Origin: Octopus bimaculoides
Taxonomy: Eukaryota
Reading direction: 5' to 3'
DNA: 64,000 bases
NCBI RefSeq assembly: GCF_001194135.2
Contig: NC_068998.1
Coordinates: forward strand, 36,599,003 to 36,663,002
The first letter of the stretch is position 1, and each line of letters opens with the position of its first letter. The notes under the pieces were generated by a model, which saw only the letters and a list, made by a program, of their open reading frames with translations, made no database searches and was not told the origin of the DNA. The position numbers were made by a program, and so were the translations under genes. Below are positions 12,348 to 25,240 of the stretch, one piece after another.

Positions 12348-13010
12348 TATACATCCACACACTCACACTCTCTCTCTTTCTCTGTCTCCCTCTTTCACAC
12401 ACATAACTTTGTTTTTTCATTCCCCAATCGAATAACCCCTTCCCTTCCCAAACTTCTCAGTTTATCTCTCTCTCTAACAGAACTGTTCGTTAGATCTCGT
12501 GAGAGGTTGAAGAAATTTGGTTCTGCTTCAGAAGAGAAGGATTCCAGCTTGGATAAGACCATAACTAAACTCAATATTTTTGTCTGATCTCGGTGGGCAA
12601 ATTTTTCTCCTTTACATTTCAAGAAGATATACTTACACACACGCACGCACGCACACACATACACATACACATCCACATAAATAATTACGTATTTACTTAC
12701 ATATAAAGATATATATATATGTATACAATTATGTATATGTATGTATGTATATGTGTGTGTATATGTGTATGTGTATGTTTTTGTGCATAAGCGTTTCTAT
12801 ATGCACGGATTATATGTGTGTATATGTGTGTATGTCTGTGTGTCTGTAATTGTGTGTATGTGCCTTAATAGAAATATGTGTACTTCCATCTGTTTGTGTG
12901 TTGACTGCATCAGTTTATGTCTCCATTAAAAACTTTATAAATTTTGTATTTCTTTCATGTCTCCATCTAAGCATGTATGTATGTATGTATGTATGTATGT
13001 AAGTATGTAT

Positions 13011-13670
13011 NNNNNNNNNNNNNNNNNNNNNNNNNNNNNNNNNNNNNNNNNNNNNNNNNNNNNNNNNNNNNNNNNNNNNNNNNNNNNNNNNNNNNNNNNN
13101 NNNNNNNNNNNNNNNNNNNNNNNNNNNNNNNNNNNNNNNNNNNNNNNNNNNNNNNNNNNNNNNNNNNNNNNNNNNNNNNNNNNNNNNNNNNNNNNNNNNN
13201 NNNNNNNNNNNNNNNNNNNNNNNNNNNNNNNNNNNNNNNNNNNNNNNNNNNNNNNNNNNNNNNNNNNNNNNNNNNNNNNNNNNNNNNNNNNNNNNNNNNN
13301 NNNNNNNNNNNNNNNNNNNNNNNNNNNNNNNNNNNNNNNNNNNNNNNNNNNNNNNNNNNNNNNNNNNNNNNNNNNNNNNNNNNNNNNNNNNNNNNNNNNN
13401 NNNNNNNNNNNNNNNNNNNNNNNNNNNNNNNNNNNNNNNNNNNNNNNNNNNNNNNNNNNNNNNNNNNNNNNNNNNNNNNNNNNNNNNNNNNNNNNNNNNN
13501 NNNNNNNNNNNNNNNNNNNNNNNNNNNNNNNNNNNNNNNNNNNNNNNNNNNNNNNNNNNNNNNNNNNNNNNNNNNNNNNNNNNNNNNNNNNNNNNNNNNN
13601 NNNNNNNNNNNNNNNNNNNNNNNNNNNNNNNNNNNNNNNNNNNNNNNNNNNNNNNNNNNNNNNNNNNNNN
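13011..13670. other. Assembly gap (others at about 18587-19541, 20946-21159, 27250-27814, 28871-29483, 39327-39397, 40416-40937, 53215-53736, 58043-58263, 61525-61882, 63558-63567)
   Basis: Runs of N, most bordered by TA-type microsatellites. Confidence 1.
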
Positions 13671-13745
13671 ATATATATATATATGTATATATACATATAT
13701 GTATATATATATATATATATTATTTATATAGCAAGACAGAGAAAC

Positions 13746-13821
<76 letters not shown>

Positions 13822-15321
13822 GCATTTATGTATGTATGAGTGCATAAATGTATGAATGTTTGTATTTGAGGGCGTAAATATCTGAAGTATGTATATCAAT
13901 TTTTGTCTATATCGATCTATCAACTTTTATGTATATATATATATATTCATGTTCGAAGATGAACACAAAACTAAGCTATTTCTGTAGCTTCGATAGTTAA
14001 CCGTTTTTTTTTGTTTGTTTATTCTTTGCCGTTTGCTTGTTCGGTCCTGCAGTCTATTACACCAGTAAACCCTGAGAACACTTGGTCATCCATACCAAAT
14101 TACATTTATCTATCTTGTTGATTGAAATCGTGCTTGTTCCTTTTATATTTAGAGTTACTCTTTATTCTGTTATCTCGATAAATACTTGAATAAATATAAT
14201 TGACGTTGCCCGGAGTTAACTCAATTACACTGCTGGGCAGATATTTTTTGTTGTGTTGTTTGGTGTGTTATTTATAGTTATTTTTTAACACTATCACATC
14301 AAGAGAGATTTCCTCTTTGAATCTATTTGTATCACAAACGTAACAGAAGGTTTCCCTTTATCCCTCTCTGGCTGCTTGTCTGTCTCTCTCCATTCTCTTC
14401 CCACTCTGTATGTGTCTGTTTGTCTCCCCCTACCTTTCTCTCTCAATTTAATCGAAAACATTTTTCGACCAGGTTTCTTTAGGCTATGAAGACGGCATGG
14501 CCACAGGGAAGATGTCAACTGTCAGAGAGTACGGAAAATGCTTTCTTTCCTTTTGCTTTCTGGTGCTGGTGAAGTAAGGCTCTGAGTGGAGGATAATGAG
14601 GTAGAAATATCTTGAACGCCGGACTAAAAGCCAGTTTGAATTATATCCGGATCCGCCGATTAGCTCATTTATCATTTCTCTGAACAAAAGTAAATGTCAG
14701 GCATGTATTGTGTCTGTTTATAAAACATTATCTCAGCTTGTGTGTGTGTGTGCGTGTGCGTGAGCGTCTGTGTGTGTATGTGTGTGTATGTGTGTGTGTT
14801 TGTGTGTGAGTATGTGCGTGTGTTCGTGTGTGCGTGCGTGCGGGTGCGTGCGGGTGCGTGTGTGTGTACGTGTGCGTGCGTGTGTGTGTGTGCGTGAGTT
14901 TGTGTGTAGTATCGATCGCCCATACACCTCTATCTGCTTTGTTTAAACACCTGCGGTATAGCGTCTGGATTAGCTCCCTGCACAACACTGAGTGTTAAAG
15001 AACACCTGAATGTCTTAGATCAGGCGAGTCAACTAACTTCTGATTATGTCACCATTATTCTGGCTTCTTAATACCAAACACTCGGATCACACCGAAAGGA
15101 ATTAAATCTCAGACCTATGGCATATATATATACATACAGTGAAAACTATTTGGTGAGGTGCCGCGGCGTTGCACATGTGAAAGTAAATTAAATTCCGAAT
15201 TAAAATCAGCCGTAGTTATATAAATATTATCGATTGCACGTACACAATGTATGTATGACTCGATAATGTTTACATTATTAGAACTCCTTTTAATTTGTTA
15301 TATACATATCCATATACATAC

Positions 15322-15368
<47 letters not shown>

Positions 15369-15369
15369 T

Positions 15370-16680
15370 AATCAGCCACAATCTATAACAAAGAGCTTTT
15401 ATAAAAAGCATTAGTAAAAAAATATTTTATCTCTCTTTTAATGAGGACTTATTCAATAAACATAAAGATAAGTACGATAAAACACTTAAAGAAGCAGGTT
15501 ATAGAAGTAAAATTAAATATATCCCATATAGGAATACAATGAATAGGGACAATATTGATAATATTAACAGCAAAATTACAGACCATAGAAATATGCCTAG
15601 GATAAGTAACAGACCATAGAAATATGCCTAGGATAAGTAACAGACCATAGAAATATGCCTAGGATAAGTAACACACCACAGAAATGTATAGTCTACGACA
15701 CTAACAGGAATGTAACTTGTAATACTAAAAAGAACAACAATAACAATAGAAATACAACTTATAATAGAACGATAAGAAATAAGCAAAGCATGAATGATGC
15801 CAATAATTTCACTAATCACGATAACAACAGCAATAAGTGAAAACATTATATGCAAAATCCGAGTCCTGGCGCTACTAATAGCGGTATTTACGCATATAGC
15901 TTAGATAATAAGATTAATACCAATAAACATATACACCACATGCACCATTCTAACAACAATAAAACTGTGTTGTTCGGCAAGATAACGAAAAGAACGAAAG
16001 ACATTAATTGGCTTATATTCCCATATGCTATGCAAATTAAATCGGACTTAGCTAAATCAATATTTAAAATCATAAATAAATACTTTGATAAGAATAGCAG
16101 GTATTCGGAAATTATTAATAGTAAAGTAATAAAGATTTGTTACAGTCTAACGCATAACTTAGTTAACATCATTTCCTCCATAAATAATAAAAAACTAGAT
16201 ATTTTCTATTTAGATAGAAGTAACAATAGCAACAACAACAGTAATAGTAAGAATAAAAATAATAACCCCCATAACCACTCCAAACTTGGAAATACTCTGA
16301 CCTATGGCATATATTTACCAGTGCACAGTCACGACATAGTTTAGTAAAAAGATATATATAGGAGGTACCCAAAATGAAATGAAACGAAGACTATCCGTAC
16401 TTCAACAGTCTTTCATAAACAGAAATAAGATTAATTCGACCGGATTAAATACATATATTTGGGAGCTTAAAGATAAATATATTACATTCATTTTAGAATG
16501 GAAATTCATCGTGTCCGCATCTTCGAACAATATAAGAAATAAGAAATGCCATCTGTGCATCAGTGAGAAATTTTTCATACTAGCGGCACACCACCCACAT
16601 CTTGAGGGAAGAGAGAAACAAGCTTGCCTGTAAAAGGGTAAGTTTACCCTCTCTAAATATAAATAGCATTAGAGACCTTT
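15370..16680 (+). pseudogene. Penelope-like element coding relic: RT thumb, linker and C-terminal GIY-YIG endonuclease
   Basis: 'PQSITKSFYKSISKKIFYLSFNEDLFNKHKDKYDKTLKEAGY' (thumb), 'INWLIFPYAMQIKSDLAKSIFKIINKYF...IINSKVIKICYSLTHNLVNIISSINNKKL' (WFNPPYS-type linker) and 'KRRLSVLQQSF...TGLNTYIWELKDK...LEWKFI...KKCHLCISEKFFIL' (GIY-YIG). Confidence 0.9.
15578..15690 (+). repeat. 31-bp tandem repeat, 3 exact copies plus a degenerate fourth
   Basis: acagaccatagaaatatgcctaggataagta starts at 15578, 15609 and 15640. Confidence 0.95.
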
Positions 16681-18370
16681 TGCATCATCCCCACAAATAG
16701 TACCCAGAGCTCTTCACCACAGAAATAGTAGATTTCGATTCTAAATGATGGCATATATTAACTTCCAAATTAAAGCTAATTTAATACTTTTACATACGTG
16801 GGTCCCTTACAGGCAATCCAGGATTAATATCCCTACACCAGCATATCCGAGTTTAAATTCCACCTCCCACGCATAATAACTAAATTACATAATATATTTA
16901 TAAATCTATCTCCCCTAAATATACTTAATATACATAATAAACTCCCTTTAATAATACTAGTTCTTTCATCTATGAGCCTAATTTAGAATACAGAGGACAT
17001 AAGTACTTAATACCCCACAATTACTACCACCACCACCCTAAGTGACCCTGTACCTGCCGCCTCTGCAATGGCTTTATTTGCAACTAACTTTAATTTTTAC
17101 ACCATGTGTTAGCTTGCTTAATTTCATTCTGAGCCTAAGTTTTCAGTCAGCATATGGCTCTACTTCCATTTATTGATGATCCCATTAGATTTACTCATTT
17201 CAGAGCCAGCCGCCCCGAATAACATAACTTAACAACTTAATATTAACTACACATCTCTTTAGATTGTATTTGCTTGTACTTTGTACTGCAGTAGGTGCTT
17301 TCCTATGAACTATTATTGCCCTTAGACATATTTTTGTATGAAATGAAGTGTAATTTGTGGTAGGCCCCATATGTATGCACCCAAGCAAAGGTTGATGTAT
17401 CGACAAGGTTAGTGATATTATCAATATAGTAATAATAATAACAATAATATATATTAAGTATGATTGAGAAAATTGTAGTAGGACCCGGTATCTGTAACTA
17501 TAATAGTTATTAGCAAGTGAGTTAATTGTAATCATTTAATTAATTTGGGGATTTGTACTTATACCTTCTCATAAGACCACTAGGATGAGTGTATTTAGGA
17601 ATCTTTAGACAATTACTGTTTGTCTAAAGACCACTGCTTGGGTACTATGGTTGTTACATCAGAAGATAGCTTTAGTATTAAAATTCTCTAATTGAAGGTC
17701 AATGTCCTAGCCATTACCCCTCGTAACAGTAGTCTCCCCTTAACCGGAGTTCTTTCCTTCGCATTGTACTTGTTTACATGTTTGGTTGTTTTATTTACAA
17801 TGTCCTAAGCGGCCTTGCTCCACTTATAACATACGTTAATTCTCCATACTTTTATTTTTCATTTATCTCTTTATTTACATCTACTCGTAAAACAGTCTTA
17901 ATAGCTTGCCCTTCGTTTTTAAATTCAACTGACCAATTATGATGAAAGCTGTACTTTGGATAATCCTATTACAGACAATAGGCGGTTGGTTTTTATAATA
18001 TATCAGTAAGTAAATAAATGTAATTAATTTATGGGCATGTTATTTGGATTAATATTAATTAGTACTATTAACATAATCTTAAGAACTATTATGATTACTT
18101 CTAAACGTTATGGCACTATCGCTCCCTCTTTTCCTAGACCTATTAGCGTATCATGTTATGCTAAAGTAATTATTTTCCTTTTTTATTATTTATACACCCT
18201 GTTACCCCTAAAGAAAGATTAATCCACCAATTAATATTTCTAGTTTAGTCATTTATTCAACGGCCTGAAACGTTACACTGCAAAATGGTATGATTCAAAT
18301 ATATTAAGCCTTCATTCCTCTTCTCAAGGTTCTTCTTCTTTTCTTTTCTTTTATTTTATATATTTTTCTT

Positions 18371-18513
18371 CATCCTGATGAAGCTCCATGCTCCAGATCG
18401 GATGTGTTACAAGATATGACGAATATTCTTTGACAACACTGTAGGATATTGGAAGCAGAAACGGTTGTTAGTTAGATCGGATAAAGTTTTGTATTAAAAA
18501 ATAATAATCGATG
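18371..18513 (+). ncRNA. Type I hammerhead ribozyme-like motif (probably decayed)
   Basis: catc-CTGATGA-agctcca...tggaagca-GAAA-cggttgtta...taataatc-gatg. Stem I (catc/gatg), stem II and stem III pairings are visible; the cleavage triplet is imperfect. Confidence 0.6.
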
Positions 18514-19541
18514 GTAGTCAATTGTTGTTGATCAAGATTTCTCCATTTTCTTCTTTTAAATTATATATATATATATATATATATATNNNNNNNNNNNNNN
18601 NNNNNNNNNNNNNNNNNNNNNNNNNNNNNNNNNNNNNNNNNNNNNNNNNNNNNNNNNNNNNNNNNNNNNNNNNNNNNNNNNNNNNNNNNNNNNNNNNNNN
18701 NNNNNNNNNNNNNNNNNNNNNNNNNNNNNNNNNNNNNNNNNNNNNNNNNNNNNNNNNNNNNNNNNNNNNNNNNNNNNNNNNNNNNNNNNNNNNNNNNNNN
18801 NNNNNNNNNNNNNNNNNNNNNNNNNNNNNNNNNNNNNNNNNNNNNNNNNNNNNNNNNNNNNNNNNNNNNNNNNNNNNNNNNNNNNNNNNNNNNNNNNNNN
18901 NNNNNNNNNNNNNNNNNNNNNNNNNNNNNNNNNNNNNNNNNNNNNNNNNNNNNNNNNNNNNNNNNNNNNNNNNNNNNNNNNNNNNNNNNNNNNNNNNNNN
19001 NNNNNNNNNNNNNNNNNNNNNNNNNNNNNNNNNNNNNNNNNNNNNNNNNNNNNNNNNNNNNNNNNNNNNNNNNNNNNNNNNNNNNNNNNNNNNNNNNNNN
19101 NNNNNNNNNNNNNNNNNNNNNNNNNNNNNNNNNNNNNNNNNNNNNNNNNNNNNNNNNNNNNNNNNNNNNNNNNNNNNNNNNNNNNNNNNNNNNNNNNNNN
19201 NNNNNNNNNNNNNNNNNNNNNNNNNNNNNNNNNNNNNNNNNNNNNNNNNNNNNNNNNNNNNNNNNNNNNNNNNNNNNNNNNNNNNNNNNNNNNNNNNNNN
19301 NNNNNNNNNNNNNNNNNNNNNNNNNNNNNNNNNNNNNNNNNNNNNNNNNNNNNNNNNNNNNNNNNNNNNNNNNNNNNNNNNNNNNNNNNNNNNNNNNNNN
19401 NNNNNNNNNNNNNNNNNNNNNNNNNNNNNNNNNNNNNNNNNNNNNNNNNNNNNNNNNNNNNNNNNNNNNNNNNNNNNNNNNNNNNNNNNNNNNNNNNNNN
19501 NNNNNNNNNNNNNNNNNNNNNNNNNNNNNNNNNNNNNNNNN

Positions 19542-19586
<45 letters not shown>

Positions 19587-20474
19587 CATATATATGATAT
19601 ACAATTATATCTGTGCTTATACGTATATAGTGATGAGCATAAAATACATGTATTTGCAACATGTATTTTCGTATGTGTTCAAGAACATAAAATACATTAA
19701 CAACAAGACTGGACAGCTTCACGATCAATAATATTAGTTTGATGCTTAAGGAAATGGAAAGAGTTAATATCTATAGTGCTTCAGGCATTTTCCTTCTTCG
19801 GACTGTGGAAAGAGAGAGCATGAATAACAAGGAGAAACTTAATAAAATAAAGAATGAAAATTGGAAAAAAAAAATTTCCAAGTGCAATCTCGGCGAAAAC
19901 ACTTATATTAATTCATTTACATGCTGGCCGTTAACTGACCGGAAGTTTGATGGTGAGTGAAATGGGACGATTTAAGGCAGAAAAGAAACTACGAAGAAGT
20001 TCGTGTGTGTGAGTGTGTGTTGGTGTGTGCGTATAAGTTTGTGGGTCTGGGAAATCTGGAGAAGTAGATTCTCTATGTGTATTTCTATGTTTGTCAAGTG
20101 TTTATGTGTGCGTATGTGCAACTGTTTTGATATGTTCTTGCTAAAAGCCTGTTCGCTTCTATATGAGGATATGAGTGTGTGTGTGAGGGCATGAAATTGT
20201 GTCTGTCCATCATATGCCTTTTTGTATATGTGCATTCGTTTATTGGCCGATCGTTGACTATTGGAAGTTAACTAGTCGGCTAATGGGTGGTCCGTGTATC
20301 TGAGTAAGAGATAATGTATGTGACCATGTGAGTTATCATCTGCGAGGCATATGTTTGCGTATGACTGCATGTATGTGTATAATTGTGTAACTATGTTATA
20401 TATACAGGCCTCTGTGTGTTTGTTCTTAAATGTACATGTGGGGGCGCAGAAATATCTGCAGATATCACTGTTTT

Positions 20475-20858
20475 ACACGTTTCAGTTATTTGACTGCAGC
20501 CATGCTGGAGCACCACTTTTAGTCAAAGAAATCAACCCCAGGGTGTATTGTTCGAAATACTTATTCTATCGGTCTGTTTCGTCGAACTGCTAGTTTTCGG
20601 GGACATAAACAAACCAGCATCGGTTGTCAAACGATGGTGGTGGTGGGGAGGATAAACACAGACACAAAGACACACGCACGTAAATATATATACACGACGG
20701 GCTTCTTTCAGTTTCCTTCTAGCAAATCCACTCACAAGGCTTTGGTCAGTCCGAGGCTATAGTAGAAGACACTTGCCCAAGTTGCCACGCAGTGAGACTA
20801 AATCCGGAACCATGTGTTTGAAAAGCAAGCTTCTTATCACACAGCCACGCCTGCGGCT
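20475..20858 (-). mobile_element. Full-length tRNA-derived SINE with internal microsatellite
   Basis: Both halves are present: 'gactgcagccatgctggagcacc...' and 'aaatccactcacaaggctttggtc...gacacttgcccaag...ggaaccatgtg...aagcaagcttc'. Confidence 0.9.
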
Positions 20859-22314
20859 ATGTATATATATATATGTATATATATGTGCATGTGTATATAT
20901 ATGTGTATGTGTATATATATGTGTATGTGTATATATATATATATANNNNNNNNNNNNNNNNNNNNNNNNNNNNNNNNNNNNNNNNNNNNNNNNNNNNNNN
21001 NNNNNNNNNNNNNNNNNNNNNNNNNNNNNNNNNNNNNNNNNNNNNNNNNNNNNNNNNNNNNNNNNNNNNNNNNNNNNNNNNNNNNNNNNNNNNNNNNNNN
21101 NNNNNNNNNNNNNNNNNNNNNNNNNNNNNNNNNNNNNNNNNNNNNNNNNNNNNNNNNNNATATATATATATATATATATAACACTGAAACGTGAGCATTA
21201 ATACCAATAACTTGAGAATATTTCGCCCCAAACACCTATCATATTTGAACTAAATTCCTAAAATATTCATTCTTTTGTTGAAGTAATCTGTCAACAGATT
21301 CCAAGTAAAACTTTGTGAGTATCACAATCGCAGTTTGTAGTTTCTGCGGCAGCTTCACTTAGTATTATATTAATAGTATACTGGGTTCGAGGAAAATAAT
21401 CAATACTTCATACATAGACTGGAAATGCTGCACGGGCTAGCATTTACATACGACTCGATATGTAAACCAATATATTCTTATTGGATGGATATTTTAATAC
21501 AATGATAACATTCACTTCTATGTATGTATGTATGTATGTATGTCTGTATGTATGTAGGTATGTATGTATGTATGTGTGTATGTATGTATGTATGTATATA
21601 TATGTGTGTGTGTGTGAGTGTGTGTGTGTGTGTATGGGTTTGTGTGCATGTATAGGTATGTATATGTGTATTAGACTTTCTTCATCCGAATTCCAATTGA
21701 AAACAAAGAGCTGTATTCAATTTGCGTTATATATTTGAATGTAAGTCCTCAAGCTAATTGACTTTCTAATATATTTGAACATAAGTCTTTCAACCAATCA
21801 CAACCTAAATATTTGACTACTTGACTTGCTAAAATATTTAATTAAAGAACTAAACTATTCAATCTGCAGCATATTGAAACATGACCTCTAACCTATTCGA
21901 TTTTCAAAGCCATTTACTTGAAGCATATTTCATGTTAGTTCAACCAATATTTAATCTTACGTTAGGAGATTTCAAGTTGCTAAACCTAGGTTAATAGCCA
22001 AATAGGATATTCTAAATAGATTCTCCCGTGATTTTCGAACAATAAATCAGCTGATACTAAATCTGTGGCTTCCCAGTGTAGAAATATCTGTCATTGACGA
22101 AAGTACTCAAACATATGTTGTAAAATATGATTTATTTTCCTGAATACTAACGAAACACAGAGATCAGGCTTATTCTCTTGTAAATTCTACTTTTAATTAA
22201 TTTTAACTGATTAATTTTAATTAATTTTAATATTTCACTTTTTACATTTGACTTCAGTTGTAATTTTAATTTATTAAAATTTCTTTGCTTATTACATTTG
22301 ATATCATAGCATCC

Positions 22315-22704
22315 GTGGAGGCGCAATGGCCCAGTGGTTAGGCCAGCGGACTCGCGATCATAGACTCGCGGTTTCGATTCCCAGACCGGGCGTTGTGAGC
22401 GTTTATTGAGTGAAAACACCTAAAGCTCCACGTGGCTCCGGCAGGGGATGGTGGTGAACCCTGCTGTACTCTTTCACCACAACTTTCTCTCGCTCTTACT
22501 TCCTGTTTTTGTTGTGCCAGTAATTCGAAGGGTCAGCCTTGTCACATTGTGTCACGCTGAATATCCTCGAGAACTACGTTAAGTGGTACACGTGTCTGTG
22601 GAGTGCTCAACCACTTGCACGTTAATTTCACGAGCAGGCTGTTCCGTTGAGTGGATCGACTGGAATCCTCAACGTCGTAAGCGACGGAGTGCTAACAACA
22701 ACAA
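22315..22704 (+). mobile_element. Full-length tRNA-derived SINE with (AAC)n tail
   Basis: A box tggcccagtggtt, B box gtttcgattcc, 3' block 'cacttgcacgttaatttcacgagcaggctgttccg' shared with 46.5 kb, tail aacaacaacaa. Confidence 0.9.
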
Positions 22705-22854
22705 TCATAGCATCCACTTTCCTGTGTGTATTTCCTGCAGCAGTCGTCACTGGGTAGTTAAACGCCATAATTCTTTATCACAGCATTCAGTGTTCATTCA
22801 CTATAATCTAGTATACTCCTCCAGTCAGTCTAAAATCTTGCAGTAAAAGACTGT

Positions 22855-22895
22855 TTTTCGCTGATGAGGTTTAATACCTCAAAAACATGTCGTTT
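22855..22895 (+). ncRNA. Possible decayed minimal hammerhead motif
   Basis: CTGATGA-ggt-ttaat-acc-tc-aaaaa-CATGTC with palindromic ACATGT; the GAAA is not intact and stem I is essentially absent. Confidence 0.3.
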
Positions 22896-23682
22896 GGAGT
22901 TGTCACCACTGTACGGCCACCGATCAGATCTATTTCTCATAGGGTTCTGTATTCCTTATTGAATAAATACATCCTTTTTTAAATTTCTAGGTTACAACCT
23001 TTCTTGATTATAACATCTTTGATTCTCTCATTATTACTGCGTATAAATTCAATTAACTCAAATTTTTAAATTATTACATTAAATACGTTCTTAACCGCTT
23101 TACTATATGTTAGTTTATATATAACCTAACAAGTCTGTTGCAGAATCTGTTTAAACGAGGCGGACATTATAATGTTATATTCCATATGACAGTGTTAATT
23201 TAGTTTAATTTACTTATTCGTCAAGGTTTGAGAATTGACAGTATTCATTAGAAGCATCTGTAACAAATCGTTATAAGGAAGTCAATGATAGAAATAATCA
23301 TGAAGCGGATCTAGATGTCACATTAATATTTGGGTCCATCATCCAACGTTCTAATTTTAATGAATATTAACATTTGATAGAATTCTGGGTTCCAGTATTT
23401 ACTTTAACCAAAGTCAGTTACATTTCACGAAGGGGACTCCACACGTTAATTCAGCAGATATCTACCTCGTATCAACCTTTAATATCGTAAAAAAACTTGT
23501 ACATTTTTTAATAATCGTCTCCATAGTGCTATGCTTGGAACAGAGAAGAGCAGAGACAATGAGCCAAGCATTGTGTTACAATGATTGTAACATTGCATTT
23601 TGATCGATGTGTTCGATTAGAATTCACCAGGGGATAAACAACGTTCTCAATAGTTCACAGAAATAGCAGAAATCAGAAGTTT

Positions 23683-23840
23683 GCATGACTCGGTAGTTAA
23701 AGAGCTCACTTTGCAACCACGTGGACTTAGGTTCAGTCCCGCTTGGCGGTACCTTCGGCAAGTGTCTTCTGATAAAGTCATAGGCCAACCAATTATTTGT
23801 GAGTGAATTTGATAGGCAGAAACTGCGTGAAAGCCCGTCA
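23683..23840 (+). mobile_element. SINE 5' half (tRNA head) followed by microsatellite
   Basis: 'caaccacgtgg...ggttcagtccc...ggcaagtgtcttct...ttgtgagtgaattt...gaaactg...aagcccgtc'. Confidence 0.8.
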
Positions 23841-23989
23841 CATACATACATACATACAGACAGACAGACCGACAGACAGACAGCCTGAAAACTCGACTCC
23901 ATCGGACACAAATGACCATGGGTACACCTAAGAGGTTCCCCTTCGGGGTTTAAATCTGGGCAGAGAGTCGCCTCACCAGCGAACGCACA

Positions 23990-24260
23990 ACCTAGGGTTG
24001 TTTTTATGGCAGACAAGCAGTCACCCATGCATACCAGCCTCCCCTCTCCACACCACTGATTTTATCCAAAGGAAAGGCAAAGGCCAATACAGCTTGGCAC
24101 TTGTGACGTCACAACTCATTTCTAAAGCTGGGTGAACTGGACCAATGTGAAATAAAGTGTCTTGTTCAAGAACACAACACGCAGCCCGGTCCGAAAATCG
24201 AACTCACAACCTCACCATCGTAAGTTCGACGCTCTAACCACTGAGTCATGCACCTTCACA
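23990..24260 (-). mobile_element. tRNA-derived SINE
   Basis: 'gtgtcttgttcaagaacacaacacgcagcccggtccg..aatcgaactc...gctctaaccactgag.catgc' is the reverse complement of a tRNA-like head. Confidence 0.85.
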
Positions 24261-24492
24261 TAACTACATACATACATACATACATACATACATGCATGCA
24301 TGTGTGTGTGAGGGTGTGTGGAATTCTGTCTGCGTTTGGTGCCCACCATTGTTTGATAATATATATATATTATTATATATATTATATATATTATATATAT
24401 TCTCCAGCATGACCACAGCCACTTGGCTGAAACCCATAAATAAATAAATAAATAATATATATATAATATATACATAATATATATATTATATA

Positions 24493-24602
<110 letters not shown>

Positions 24603-24606
24603 ATAA

Positions 24607-25013
24607 CAAGCAAAGTAGCTAGTTAGATTTTCTCTATAAGAGATGAAAGTAGTAGCTATACTGGGAAGTAATGTTTTTCGCCACATCAGCACGGCTGTTC
24701 AAAGTTGCTGCCGTTTGTAACCCCAGGAAAAGTCTCCTCTAGTTGGAATCTGCATCCAGTATACATTCCAAGCAGGGGAGCGAACCCATCCCATCTTCTA
24801 GCAAACAACGAGATCACCAGACCGAATCATTTCGGGCTAGTTATGTCCATCGTTAGTGGGGATCAACCGGCGCTAGAGATAGCAGGAATTCGCTCCAGCT
24901 TGCACTATATAGAAAGCAAAGCGACTATCAGTCACTCATGTTGCAACAAGCAAAGCAGTTCGTTAGAGAATCTCTATATGACATGAAAGTAGTAAATATA
25001 CTAAGAAGTTATG
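24607..25013. repeat. 340-bp unit bounded by diverged direct repeats of about 67 bp
   Basis: caagcaaagtagctagttagattttctctataagagatgaaagtagtagctatactgggaagtaatg (24607) versus caagcaaagcagttcgttagagaatctctatatgacatgaaagtagtaaatatactaagaagttatg (24947). Confidence 0.85.
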
Positions 25014-25114
25014 TATGTATGTGTGTATATATATATATGTATATATACATACATATATATATATACATATATCATTGTATGCATATCTGCAAGCATCTCT
25101 CTCTTCCTTTCTTG

Positions 25115-25240
<126 letters not shown>

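Larger units (their letters stand above)
15370..18560 (+). mobile_element. 5'-truncated Penelope-like element including a long 3' non-coding/pLTR region
   Basis: The coding relic is followed by about 1.9 kb of microsatellite-free sequence. This ends just after a same-strand hammerhead-like motif and is bounded by (TA)n on both sides. Confidence 0.65.

Noticed and set aside
15578-15690. Direct repeats of CRISPR-like length (31 bp)
   Set aside because: The copies are head-to-tail with no spacers, lie inside a eukaryotic TE and have no cas genes nearby.
19739-19960. 73-aa ORF with a GTGAGT donor near its end
   Set aside because: Low-complexity Lys/Asn composition, no acceptor and no recognisable domain.
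22315-22390. tRNA-like A/B boxes (also in other SINE heads)
   Set aside because: They continue into SINE bodies and tails and lack a complete cloverleaf, so they are SINE heads rather than tRNA genes.
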